Assembly: GCA_020444065.1 (NCBI GenBank)
Contig: JAHLLQ010000004.1
Coordinates: forward strand, 198,662-262,661
Reading direction: 5' to 3'
Origin: a bacterium
GTDB taxonomy: Bacteria; Sumerlaeota; Sumerlaeia; SLMS01; JAHLLQ01
Length of the DNA: 64,000 nt
Under the pieces are notes generated by a model that was not told where the DNA came from, searched no databases, and was given only the letters and a program-made list of their open reading frames with translations. The position numbers and the translations under genes are program-made. Positions 38,613 to 47,964 of this stretch are shown here, in pieces (positions within the stretch are counted from its first letter, which is position 1; the number at the start of each line of letters is the position of its first letter).

Positions 38613-39593
38613 TTACTCCATCAGGCGGCGTTCTGCAACGCGACGCGTCAGGAATTGGAGGAAGGAGCATCCAATCGCGAACTTGATCAGGATCAGCGGC
38701 GGGAAGATCAGCAGGAACGTCCACGGGAGCAGTGCCGATCCGAGGAAGGCACCGGAGATTCCGATCAGGAAACCGAGTACCAGGCAAACGCCAAGGCCGT
38801 GCGTGGCGGCCTCGGCAAAGCTGTCCGATGTGAACGCGAACGATATGGCGATCGATCCCGTCGCGAAGATCGTCGCCGCCATGTGGACGGGAAAGAGGAA
38901 GCACAATGGGAGAATCAAATAGGGACTGAGTACCTCGCTGGATCCCAGGATGGAAGCTCCGATACCGATTGCCAGCAGCGCCGGGCAAAGGGCCGCCGCG
39001 ATGTATGCAATCGGCAATGTGGCACCGACCAGCATCCCCCATGCAATCTCCTCGGGGCGCAGCGGAGTGACGGCCAACTCATCGAGCATCGATCGGCTTT
39101 CCGAATAACGGATCGTCCCGGCAGCAGTGAAGAACCCCAGCAGATTGCAGCCGAGATGAATCAGCGCGAAGAGGGCGTAGTAGATGCCCGCGAACAGGGG
39201 TTCCTGACCGGACTCGGCCAACATCGACTGGATCTGGAGAAAGATCGGTGTCGCAATCGTGGCGAGCAGAATCGGAATCAACAGCAAGAGGTACCAGGGT
39301 AACAGAGAGAAGAGGAAAAGCTTCCGGCGCGTTCGCAACCACTCGCGGCGGAACATCGCATTGCTGCTCGGCGATGCCAGGAAGCCAAAGAAGAACGTGA
39401 AGAATGCAGCCGAGAAGAATCGAGGGACTCCCAATTGCGAGTCATCCAACACGACCACCGGACGTGATTGTTGATAGACTCCCTGGCGAGGCTGCTCCAC
39501 GCGGGGACGGACGTAGTCCTCCTCGTCGCCGGGCATTGGAATGCGCGGATCGTTGCGCCAGGGAGGGATATCGCCTTGCTTCTGGCCAGTCAT
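38613..39593 (-). CDS. hypothetical polytopic membrane protein
   Basis: Track ORF 326 aa; hydrophilic N-terminus then about 6 hydrophobic helices; no family recognised. Confidence 0.6.
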   Translation of the reverse strand: MTGQKQGDIPPWRNDPRIPMPGDEEDYVRPRVEQPRQGVYQQSRPVVVLDDSQLGVPRFFSAAFFTFFFGFLASPSSNAMFRREWLRTRRKLFLFSLLPWYLLLLIPILLATIATPIFLQIQSMLAESGQEPLFAGIYYALFALIHLGCNLLGFFTAAGTIRYSESRSMLDELAVTPLRPEEIAWGMLVGATLPIAYIAAALCPALLAIGIGASILGSSEVLSPYLILPLCFLFPVHMAATIFATGSIAISFAFTSDSFAEAATHGLGVCLVLGFLIGISGAFLGSALLPWTFLLIFPPLILIKFAIGCSFLQFLTRRVAERRLME

Positions 39594-39614
39594 GGCTCAC
39601 TTCCGCTGGATTCG

Positions 39615-39628
39615 TTGCACCGGTGCAA
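39615..39628. promoter_or_regulatory. perfect 14-bp palindrome TTGCACCGGTGCAA, candidate operator
   Basis: Read directly; 22 nt upstream of the minus-strand membrane-protein start (39593) and 270 nt upstream of the divergent LacI-HTH gene. Confidence 0.45.
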
Positions 39629-39897
39629 TGATGTGGAGCGATCTGAGCCCGGTCTAGCGAAACAATCGTGGAATCAGTGGTTCACTTTGTCCATTCAGGC
39701 TATTTTTGACGCTCCAATTTGGTCCGATTCTCACATGGGTCTCTGCGCAGTGTCAGACCGCGGTGTGCATAAACAGCTTTATTGTTAGGATACGGTTCAA
39801 GATAGTGGCAAAGCCCTTTTATGGCACGCCCTTCTCTAAGGCAAGGCGTGGGTAGTAACACAACACCAAGTTGTTCCTTCAGAGGAGAATACACAAA

Positions 39898-40155
39898 ATG
39901 TCGAATCTCAATAATGACGGTGGTTTGACCATTCGCGACATCGCCCGCATCACCGGGTACAGCCGCTCGACGGTCTCACTCGCCATTAACGATAGCGATA
40001 AGATCAACGATGAAACCAAGACGCTGATCATGGATACCATCAAGCGCGTGGGCTACGTGCCGAATCCGGCCGCCCGTGCACTCGGCGCCCGCAGCCGCCA
40101 GGTTGTTGCCGCTCGCAAGAGCCGCGGCGATTCCATGGGACGCATTCAAGTCTGA
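39898..40155 (+). CDS. stand-alone LacI-type HTH DNA-binding protein (85 aa, no ligand-binding domain)
   Basis: ATG 39898 behind RBS AGAGGAGAA; LTIRDIARITGYSRSTVSLAINDSDKINDETKTLIMDTIKRVGYVPNPAARAL matches the LacI/PurR HTH pattern; ORF stops 25 residues later and is followed by a strong terminator. Confidence 0.6.
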   Translation: MSNLNNDGGLTIRDIARITGYSRSTVSLAINDSDKINDETKTLIMDTIKRVGYVPNPAARALGARSRQVVAARKSRGDSMGRIQV

Positions 40156-40175
40156 CAGTTCTCCTGAAAGAGCCT

Positions 40176-40220
40176 GCGCCCGGTCTTCGCGTCAGGCGAA
40201 GACCGGGCGCCCTCTATTTC
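40176..40220 (+). terminator. rho-independent terminator downstream of the LacI-HTH gene
   Basis: 15-bp perfect stem GCGCCCGGTCTTCGC / GCGAAGACCGGGCGC, loop GTCAG, then CCTCTATTTC. Confidence 0.7.
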
Positions 40221-40455
40221 GCTCTCTTCCCAAAACCAGGGACGCACACATTGGCAGATACAGAACCGAAGAAGTCGGCGCAGTCGTCGGCACAATTCGT
40301 CAAGCCTCGGCAAGCCCTTTCACGCTGGTGCTACAGGCGAATCTTACGCGGCGGCATGCGCAAGAACGGCACCGTTGGCATACGCCCAAACGGCAACCGC
40401 GGCTACAGACAATAACAATCAGAACCCCGGATGGAATGTCCGGCGGGGGTGAAAC

Positions 40456-41031
40456 TCACTGAGGCGCAGTCTTCAGTACGGCGAAGCACGTGTTCGTAAT
40501 CGTGCGCGCATAGGGACGCAGTTTGCCCTTCAGCCGACCGTAGCGATTGCCCACGGCGCTTTGCATCACCATGCCCAGCAGCAACTGCGTGGATAGCGCG
40601 ACGTTCTGCTCCGGAATCTCGCCGCGCTTGATCGCGCCGTCGATCACGCTCGTGATGACGTCGACCGGGTTCGCCATATCCTGGCGTACCGCGTCGAGCA
40701 ATTCGTGCTGCACCAGCAGGACGAATTGGAACCCCTTCGGATCCTCGTCGTACGCGGCATAGAAGCCGTCGATCATTGCGAAGAGCTTATCCTCGATCGC
40801 CCGGCCCTTCTGGTCGGCCGCCTTCATCAGGTCGGCGTATCCCTGGAAGTACTGGAAGAACAGGTAGCGGACAAGATCGTCCTTACTGGCGTGGTGGCGA
40901 TAGAGCGCCCCCTCGGTGACTTCGGCGCGTTCAGCGATCTGGCGAATGCTGGCGCCGTCGATGCCGCACTCGACGAAAAGCTCCAATGCGGCGCGTTCAA
41001 TGTCTTTCTTTTTCTTTGGCGGGCGAGCCAC
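40456..41031 (-). CDS. TetR/AcrR family transcriptional regulator
   Basis: Track ORF 191 aa; N-terminal HTH ...GASIRQIAERAEVTEGALYRHHASKDDL. Confidence 0.85.
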   Translation of the reverse strand: MARPPKKKKDIERAALELFVECGIDGASIRQIAERAEVTEGALYRHHASKDDLVRYLFFQYFQGYADLMKAADQKGRAIEDKLFAMIDGFYAAYDEDPKGFQFVLLVQHELLDAVRQDMANPVDVITSVIDGAIKRGEIPEQNVALSTQLLLGMVMQSAVGNRYGRLKGKLRPYARTITNTCFAVLKTAPQ

Positions 41032-41181
41032 GACGCGCTTCCTTCCCTTCGAAATGTAAGCAAACGTTGACCGGCTCCCCGAACCAAAGCAACTCCAAAT
41101 CGCTGCAGTTTCTCTTGTTGCCTCGCGGGGGGTCCCCCTGGACTATGCTGATAACCGAATATAGACAGGGAGGACGGCACG

Positions 41182-42639
41182 ATGTTCCCTCACCGCCGCC
41201 TGTTGCTCGCGCTGCTCTGTTTGCCGGCGTTGACGACCTGCACACACGCCCAGGTTTTGCTCAACGGTTCCCACAAATTCGTTACCTCGGATGAGAACGA
41301 GATGTTCATCGACCCCCGTCGAGCGGTTGATCGATCCGATTGTGGACAGATCGCCTTCGTTTCTTACGAGGCCCTGCAATACACCTTCCATCGCCTGCTA
41401 CTCTACGAAACCTTCGAAGGCGGTGGGGCAGGCGAGGTGACCGAACTGCCGAGAGGTTTCAACACCGAAGCCGACGCTGCCTATGATTCCGACTGCAGGC
41501 TGTTCGTCTATCTCGCCAGCGGATCCCAGACGGAGACCCGTATCCGCCAGGATGACGGCGCTTTCCTTACTTTCGAGAGGAATCTAGCCATCCCCGACTT
41601 CACGGGTGCCGCCTACAATCTGTTGGACTTTTTTCGCGGAGAAGACGGCAATCTGCACGCGGTGCACTTCGCCTATCGGTTTGTTCGAGACGGACGGGCC
41701 TCTGAGAAGCGCCTGATTTGGGGCACCTGGCGCAACGGAGCTTGGGAGGACCGCGTTATCAGTGACTACAGCGGCACGATCTTCGGCCCGCTGGACGCGG
41801 CTGTGAATGCATATGGGCATCTCTATGTGCTGGCCGATCCGCCGAGTTCCCACAGCTACTCCGAGGATCTGTTCTTCAATGTGTACTCGCCGGAGTTGTC
41901 GACATCGGAGAACGTTCGGCCCGCGCCGGGGATGGATTTCCATCCGTTGGAGGCAAGCCTTGCCCTCGGTCCCAATGGCGAGATCTCCATCGCTGGAACA
42001 TTCATGCAGACCGTCGAGACCGGATCGCCCACTTACATCAACCTTCGTTACTTACGGCGCACCGGGGACAATCAGTGGAACGAGACGTCCATCGCGACAA
42101 GCGACGACGACTATCACGGCAGCGACGGCAGCAATTACACGGGCCGCCGGCCACTGCTTGAGTATGACGAAAGCGGAGGTTTGCATCTCGCCTTCAGCGA
42201 TCATTCGAACTGGCATAATCCCTACAGCGAATCCGAGATTGGCCAGGTGCGTTACGGTTATCTTCCGCCAGGGGGAACTGCCTGGACGCTGACAACGGTC
42301 TTCCGTCAGCCTGGGCGCTCTGCCAGTCCAGACCCGTTGCACGGCTTTCGCCTTGGCGGACTCGCGCCTTCTCCCAGCGGCCGCCGCGCAAACATCTTCG
42401 GCGCCGAGCGAATCGTCGTGTACAACAACGACCCCTTCGCTGCGCCCGACATCGTGACCATGAATGGTCTGCAATTCGATGTTCAGAACACTCAGGCTGC
42501 CTCCGTTGCTGCGCCCAATTACGCCGTGCTGAACTGGCTGCTCGGCCGGCCGTTCGCTGGGGGTGCCCCAGCGGATGGAAACGGCGACGGTGCACTTGGC
42601 TCTGCGGATTTGATCGGAACGATCGCACTGGAGCCCTAG
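41182..42639 (+). CDS. secreted hypothetical protein with C-terminal dockerin/EF-hand-like Ca-binding motif
   Basis: Track ORF 485 aa; signal peptide MFPHRRLLLALLCLPALTTCTHA; C-terminal ADGNGDGALGSADLIGTIA motif; divergent from the TetR gene. Confidence 0.6.
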   Translation: MFPHRRLLLALLCLPALTTCTHAQVLLNGSHKFVTSDENEMFIDPRRAVDRSDCGQIAFVSYEALQYTFHRLLLYETFEGGGAGEVTELPRGFNTEADAAYDSDCRLFVYLASGSQTETRIRQDDGAFLTFERNLAIPDFTGAAYNLLDFFRGEDGNLHAVHFAYRFVRDGRASEKRLIWGTWRNGAWEDRVISDYSGTIFGPLDAAVNAYGHLYVLADPPSSHSYSEDLFFNVYSPELSTSENVRPAPGMDFHPLEASLALGPNGEISIAGTFMQTVETGSPTYINLRYLRRTGDNQWNETSIATSDDDYHGSDGSNYTGRRPLLEYDESGGLHLAFSDHSNWHNPYSESEIGQVRYGYLPPGGTAWTLTTVFRQPGRSASPDPLHGFRLGGLAPSPSGRRANIFGAERIVVYNNDPFAAPDIVTMNGLQFDVQNTQAASVAAPNYAVLNWLLGRPFAGGAPADGNGDGALGSADLIGTIALEP

Positions 42640-42737
42640 CAGGTCCGTATCGCGAAACAAGCCTCATCTCCATTGCGCCGGTCCGGTTCGTTGACGCAGC
42701 GTTCCTGTTGCTGCAATTCCCGACCGAAAGGCCCTTC

Positions 42738-44117
42738 ATGTTCGCCAACCTCTGTCGTTTCAGTCTCCTGCTTGCGATTTTGCTCGCTGCCAGCGCCGTC
42801 GCTCAGAGTGACGATGCTCCGACCAGCGGCACCACCGCGCTAATTGAGGAGGCCGTGGCTCTCATCGATCAGACCGATGTGCCCATCCAGGAGCGCATTG
42901 CCCGCACCGAGGCGATCTTGCGCGAGCACCCCGGAGCAGCCGAAGTCTGGGCGGCCCTCGGTGAACTGCGACGCGACGCTGGAGAGGACGAGGCGGCGCT
43001 GCTGGCCTTCGAGCGCGCCGTCGCCAAGGACGATTCGCTGTACTCTGCGTGGCACTGGATTGGGATCCTGAACAAGCGCGAACGCCGCGATCTGGATCGC
43101 GCCCTGGAAGCCTTTCAACAGGCGATCGATCACGGGGCCAGGAAGAGCCGCGAGTTGAATGAGATCGCGGTGACGCTGGCTTACAAGGGACGCATGGCCG
43201 AGGCGCTGCAAACCTGGGAAGAGACAATCGCCGACGATCCCGGCTGGGCGGTGCCATACGCGAATGCGATCAAGGCCGCCCTCTACCTGGACGATGAAGA
43301 CAAGGCCCAGGAACTCTTCGAAGCCGGCATCAAAGCCGATGAGTTCGAGGAGAACATCGCGCTGCATTGGGGTCAGTATCTGCTTAACGACGGTGACGAG
43401 GATGAGGCAGCCGACGTCTATCGCCGCGCGCTTGAGCGCGCTCCGGAAAATGCCGTGCTGCGGTTCTACTACGGGTTGGCGTTGCGCGAGTCCGGCGACG
43501 AAGACGCGGCGATTGAGAATCTGAAGCGCGCCTATACGTTGGGCCTCAAGGAAGGCCGCCCAGATGTCTACGAGGCCGCAAACGAGCAACTGTTTGCGAC
43601 GCGCTATCCGAAGGAATGGAAGCGCCTTCAGAAGGCCGCCAAGACCGTTTTCGCAAACCACGAATCACAGGAAGACATTGTGAAGGCCGCCGAGAAGGGG
43701 CTGAAGATCCTGAACCCGATCATCAGCGATCACCCGGACATCTGGAATGCTTACCTGGTGCGCGGTGTGGCGTATCGACGCATGAACGAACCGGCCCTGG
43801 CGAAGCGCGATCTGCGTCGCGTTCTGGAACTGAGTCCCAACGAACCAAACGCCTGCATTCACCTCGCCATGTTGCATCGCGATCTTGACGAAATGGAAGA
43901 TGCCACGAAGTACGCGCACGAAGCGGCAGAGGCCGCCCCACGCGATCCTTCGATCCTGGCCAACGCAGCATTTGTGTTCCTTGACGCCGACGACTGCAAA
44001 TCGGCGCGCATGATGTTCGATCGCGCGCGCGACCTTGTCCCGGAGGGCAGTATCCCCGCCGACCAGGATCCCCTGTTCCCGCTGCAGGATGAAATTCAGG
44101 CGAACTGCGGCCAATAA
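42738..44117 (+). CDS. TPR repeat protein, secreted
   Basis: Track ORF 42708..44117; preferred start ATG 42738 (MFANLCRFSLLLAILLAASAVA); multiple TPR-like helical repeats. Confidence 0.75.
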   Translation: MFANLCRFSLLLAILLAASAVAQSDDAPTSGTTALIEEAVALIDQTDVPIQERIARTEAILREHPGAAEVWAALGELRRDAGEDEAALLAFERAVAKDDSLYSAWHWIGILNKRERRDLDRALEAFQQAIDHGARKSRELNEIAVTLAYKGRMAEALQTWEETIADDPGWAVPYANAIKAALYLDDEDKAQELFEAGIKADEFEENIALHWGQYLLNDGDEDEAADVYRRALERAPENAVLRFYYGLALRESGDEDAAIENLKRAYTLGLKEGRPDVYEAANEQLFATRYPKEWKRLQKAAKTVFANHESQEDIVKAAEKGLKILNPIISDHPDIWNAYLVRGVAYRRMNEPALAKRDLRRVLELSPNEPNACIHLAMLHRDLDEMEDATKYAHEAAEAAPRDPSILANAAFVFLDADDCKSARMMFDRARDLVPEGSIPADQDPLFPLQDEIQANCGQ

Positions 44118-44144
44118 GCTCCGGACACCGAGGGACTACCGATC

Positions 44145-46127
44145 GTGCTGCTTCTGCTCTTCGATGCTCTAGCCTCACTGATTGCCGGCCGCGTCGCCGC
44201 GGGGTGGGTGTTTTCCGATGAGGAAACGCCCGACCGGCTGACGCTTTGGCTGCTGTGGTCGATCAGCTTTTTCCTCCTAACCCCATTGGCAATTGGAACC
44301 ATTGCCGGCTCGCTGACGGTGAAGTCATTGTACGTTGGTTTCAGTATTCTGACTGTGGCCGCGATCATCGCGCACATCGCGATCGGTCGACGCCTGACGT
44401 CCTGGAAATACGACAAGGTCGGTCTCGGCGATTCAATCCTGCTGGCCTGGGGGCGCGAGATTCTCGGCGCCTCGTGGAAGGCGCGCTTCGCGTGGGCGAT
44501 CGTTGTCCTTTGGGTGCTTGGCATGTCGGCGCCCGGTTGGTTTCTGACGCCGCGCACTTGGGACGCCGTCGAATGCTACATGCTGCAACCCGTCGATTAC
44601 CTTCCGCCGCACGAGTTCTCGCTGTCGCTTCCGTTGCCTGGCGGCCCCGAGCAGTACCGTACGCTCGGCGAGACGTTCCCGAACCTGAAGGGCTTCTGGG
44701 CCATCCAGGTGATGCTCGGGCGGGACTCGATGAAGGGCGCCGGCCTCGCACAAGTTCCGTTCCTGTTCATCGCTCTCGTGGCCCTGTGGGGGATCGGACG
44801 GCGACTCGAATTGCCCGCCTGGACGACGGCCGTTGGGGCGTTCTTTCTGATCTCAATGCCGGAGGTCATGCTGCAGTCGACTGAGCTCTACACTGACGTC
44901 CAGACCAGTTCGACATTGCTGATCGTCTTATGGGCCTTGACCGGCCTGGATCGCGAGGCCTTCCCGCGCCGCTGGATTGTCGTCGCCGGCCTGGCCTTCG
45001 GACATCTGGCCGCCGCAAAAGCGTCTCTCCTGATCACCGGCGGCCTTCTTGGGCTCCTGGCCGTGGGGCTGGCGATGCATCGCGCCGGCAAAGGGAAACG
45101 CATCCAGTTCGGCGCGTTGATGCTCGCATCTGGCCTTATCGGAGGAGTCGTTCTTGCGGGGCCGTGGCTGCTTCGAGGAGCCATCGTCTACCACAACCCA
45201 ATCTACCCGATTTCGGTATCCGTCGGCGATCACATGATTCTTCCAGGGACCGGACCAGCAAGTCTGAATACCGGTGTCCTGATGAGTCAGACTGGCTTGA
45301 CGGAATCGCAGGCCTACTTGAACTCGGCCCTCGAAGGCGGAGGAATTACGCATCTTGGGTTCATCGCGGGCGGGTGGGGACCACAGGGCCTGGTTTTCGG
45401 ACTGCCCGCTCTCATCCTGCTGGCAGTGCTGGGATTTCGAAGGAACGCGACGCGCTGGCGCCTCATCCTCGCAGTTGTTGCGCTCGTCATTCTGGGTTCG
45501 CCGGATCTCTGGTGGCCGCGTTTCGGGCTCCAGGTTCTTATCTTTGCAACCGTCGGCGTGGCTGCATGGATGGCACTGGCAGACCGTTGGCAGCGTATTC
45601 TCCTGATGATGCTCCTGATCGTGTTCGCAGGCTGGAATGGGCTGCGCGTTGTCCCATCGATCCTCTTCCGCTGCTATGAACCCATCATACTGGCCTATCC
45701 ATTCATTACTGGCGACCCGATCCCCCTTTTGGAGGAACATCGTCCCGACGAGTTCGCCGCGCGTGACTTTGCCCGTGAAATAGCCGGCTCTGATCCAGGC
45801 GTTCGCATGGCATACATTGGCGATGCCACATACAGGATGCCGCCCATTCGGCTAATCCCCGATGAAATGCGCAACCCACTGGTTCCAACCGGTCGGATTG
45901 AAGACACCGATGGGCCGGAAGCGTGGATGGCCGATCTTCTCGATTCGGAAGCGACTCATATCATCCTGCCATTCGGGCGCCCCGAAGGTCGGCTACTCGA
46001 CGAGCATCCAGAGCATTTCCAGTCATTGTACCGGGATCGTCCCTGGCGAGCGGAGCACCCCTGGGGACCTTCGCAGTATCCACGCGAAGCGGTCTGGGCC
46101 ATTCAGCGGGAGGGCGCCGATGAATAA
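44145..46127 (+). CDS. large polytopic membrane protein (660 aa), function unknown; possibly GT-C-like glycosyltransferase
   Basis: Track ORF from GTG 44145; more than 10 hydrophobic helices plus a C-terminal soluble region; GT-C idea is inference only. Confidence 0.65.
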   Translation: MLLLLFDALASLIAGRVAAGWVFSDEETPDRLTLWLLWSISFFLLTPLAIGTIAGSLTVKSLYVGFSILTVAAIIAHIAIGRRLTSWKYDKVGLGDSILLAWGREILGASWKARFAWAIVVLWVLGMSAPGWFLTPRTWDAVECYMLQPVDYLPPHEFSLSLPLPGGPEQYRTLGETFPNLKGFWAIQVMLGRDSMKGAGLAQVPFLFIALVALWGIGRRLELPAWTTAVGAFFLISMPEVMLQSTELYTDVQTSSTLLIVLWALTGLDREAFPRRWIVVAGLAFGHLAAAKASLLITGGLLGLLAVGLAMHRAGKGKRIQFGALMLASGLIGGVVLAGPWLLRGAIVYHNPIYPISVSVGDHMILPGTGPASLNTGVLMSQTGLTESQAYLNSALEGGGITHLGFIAGGWGPQGLVFGLPALILLAVLGFRRNATRWRLILAVVALVILGSPDLWWPRFGLQVLIFATVGVAAWMALADRWQRILLMMLLIVFAGWNGLRVVPSILFRCYEPIILAYPFITGDPIPLLEEHRPDEFAARDFAREIAGSDPGVRMAYIGDATYRMPPIRLIPDEMRNPLVPTGRIEDTDGPEAWMADLLDSEATHIILPFGRPEGRLLDEHPEHFQSLYRDRPWRAEHPWGPSQYPREAVWAIQREGADE

Positions 46128-46965
46128 GTATCTTTCCCACCTGATGATTGGTTTGGCAGTGGCGGCTCTGATCCTGACCATCATTTATGCTGTTCAACCG
46201 GCGCGAACGATGGAGATCAAAGCGCTGAAGGTCGAATTCTACGGCGCGCTCCCCCGGGCCGGCATATCCCTCGATGGCCGTCACACGCGAAACCACCTGG
46301 TGGCGGGGAAATTCACCCCGTGGACGCACATGACCTCCCGCGCGATGCTGACGCGATGGCGTGAGCGCGAAGCAGCACCCTTCGCCGTTGAGTCGCTCTA
46401 CAGTCGCTGGGAATCGGGGTTCTGGCGGCTGCCGACTTTGGGAGAATGGACGGAAACGCTCGAACAAGTCGACCGCGAGTGGCTCGAGCAACGGGCTGAA
46501 TACAGCGAACCGTGGGAGATATCCGCGGCGGATGCACTCGATCAGAACTGGACGTTCACCGTCTATCCGGCCGACGCAGCCGAACAGATCCCGATTGTCC
46601 GTGACGATGAATCGATCGAGTTTACTCTCACCCCGGATGCGCCTCCGACGATCCAGTTCCTCGTCAAGCCGGCCGGCCTTCCAACGGCACGGATCGGCGA
46701 TGTTCTGCTGGTCGAGTGGGGAGAAGAGGGTTGGGAGATGCCACCGACACTCTACTGGTCAACGACCCAACTCGCAATCAGCGGACGGCGAATGAAGGTC
46801 GGAGAGACAACGGAACCGGACACGTCGGCCTACAGTTTTCCGGCCGAGCCGGGATGGATTTGCCATGGGGCGGAGGCCTGGACATGGCGGTTCGATTTTG
46901 CTCCGAAGGGCGGAAAGATCGTGCTTCGCGGCTTCCGCGGGGAGGATTCGGGGCGGATTTACTGA
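46120..46965 (+). CDS. hypothetical membrane-anchored protein (281 aa), translationally coupled to the preceding membrane protein
   Basis: ATG 46120 in the track ORF frame (45862..46965); 8-nt overlap (ATGAATAA) with the upstream gene stop; N-terminal TM helix MNKYLSHLMIGLAVAALILTIIYAV. Confidence 0.6.
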   Translation: MNKYLSHLMIGLAVAALILTIIYAVQPARTMEIKALKVEFYGALPRAGISLDGRHTRNHLVAGKFTPWTHMTSRAMLTRWREREAAPFAVESLYSRWESGFWRLPTLGEWTETLEQVDREWLEQRAEYSEPWEISAADALDQNWTFTVYPADAAEQIPIVRDDESIEFTLTPDAPPTIQFLVKPAGLPTARIGDVLLVEWGEEGWEMPPTLYWSTTQLAISGRRMKVGETTEPDTSAYSFPAEPGWICHGAEAWTWRFDFAPKGGKIVLRGFRGEDSGRIY

Positions 46966-47051
46966 TATCTCCGCATGAATTCCCGAGTTGACCCGTCGCC
47001 TCTGCCCGGGCGAGGCTGTTCGATCATCATACCAAGGGATGGTGTGCTCGT

Positions 47052-47960
47052 ATGAACAAAGATTCGGATGCTCTGGTAGGACAAATCGCGGACGTCGTGA
47101 TGCAGGTAATGGCCGAGCGCGGCCTTCTCGGTGGGGGAGACGCCCCCGCCGCATCTGCGACGGTTGGGACAGGAACGGCCTGTAGTTTGCCCCACGGCAT
47201 GGCTGCCCAAGGCCCTCCGCCCAAGCACGATCTCGTGCAGGCCGGCGCCGAGCGCATCGGCCACACCGGCGAGCAGCCTCCCAGCGGCGAGGCCTGCATG
47301 CGGCTGTCGAACTACATCGACCATACGCTGCTGAAGGCGACGGCGACCGAGGACGAGATTCGGCGCCTCTGCGAAGATGCTCGGAAGCATCAGTTTGCAT
47401 CGGTCTGTGTCAACTCGGCTTACGTGCCGCTTTGCAAAGAAATGCTGGAAGGCTCCGGCGTCAGCGTCTGCACCGTCGTCGGATTTCCCCTGGGGTCGAT
47501 GTCCAGCGAGGCCAAGGCCTTCGAGACCGCCGATGCCGTGACCAAGGGGGCCGACGAAGTCGACATGGTTATCAATGTCGGTAAGCTTCAGTCGGGCGAC
47601 TTCAAGTACGTCTGCGACGACATTCGGGCCGTTGTGTCCGCGGCGCGCGGCCGCACCACCAAGGTCATCATCGAGACATCCTATCTGAACAACGACGAGA
47701 TCGTGCATGCCTGTGTGCTCTCCAAGGCTGCAGGTGCAGACTTCGTGAAGACCAGCACCGGATTCGCCGGCGCCGGGGCGAAGGCCGAGCACGTAGCGCT
47801 GATGCGCAAGACCGTCGGCAAGGAAATGGGCGTGAAGGCCAGCGGCGGAATCCGTGACTGCGACGCAGCCCGCCAGATGATCGACGCAGGGGCCAATCGT
47901 CTCGGCGTCAGCGCCAGCGTTGCCATCGTACAGGGCAAGAAGTCGGACAGCAGCTACTGA
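47052..47960 (+). CDS. deoC: deoxyribose-phosphate aldolase with 82-aa N-terminal extension
   Basis: Track ORF 302 aa; canonical DeoC begins at internal MRLSNYIDHTLLKATATE; Schiff-base lysine region DFVKTSTGF; also KVIIETSYL and VKASGGIR. Confidence 0.85.
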   Translation: MNKDSDALVGQIADVVMQVMAERGLLGGGDAPAASATVGTGTACSLPHGMAAQGPPPKHDLVQAGAERIGHTGEQPPSGEACMRLSNYIDHTLLKATATEDEIRRLCEDARKHQFASVCVNSAYVPLCKEMLEGSGVSVCTVVGFPLGSMSSEAKAFETADAVTKGADEVDMVINVGKLQSGDFKYVCDDIRAVVSAARGRTTKVIIETSYLNNDEIVHACVLSKAAGADFVKTSTGFAGAGAKAEHVALMRKTVGKEMGVKASGGIRDCDAARQMIDAGANRLGVSASVAIVQGKKSDSSY

Positions 47961-47964
47961 GTAA

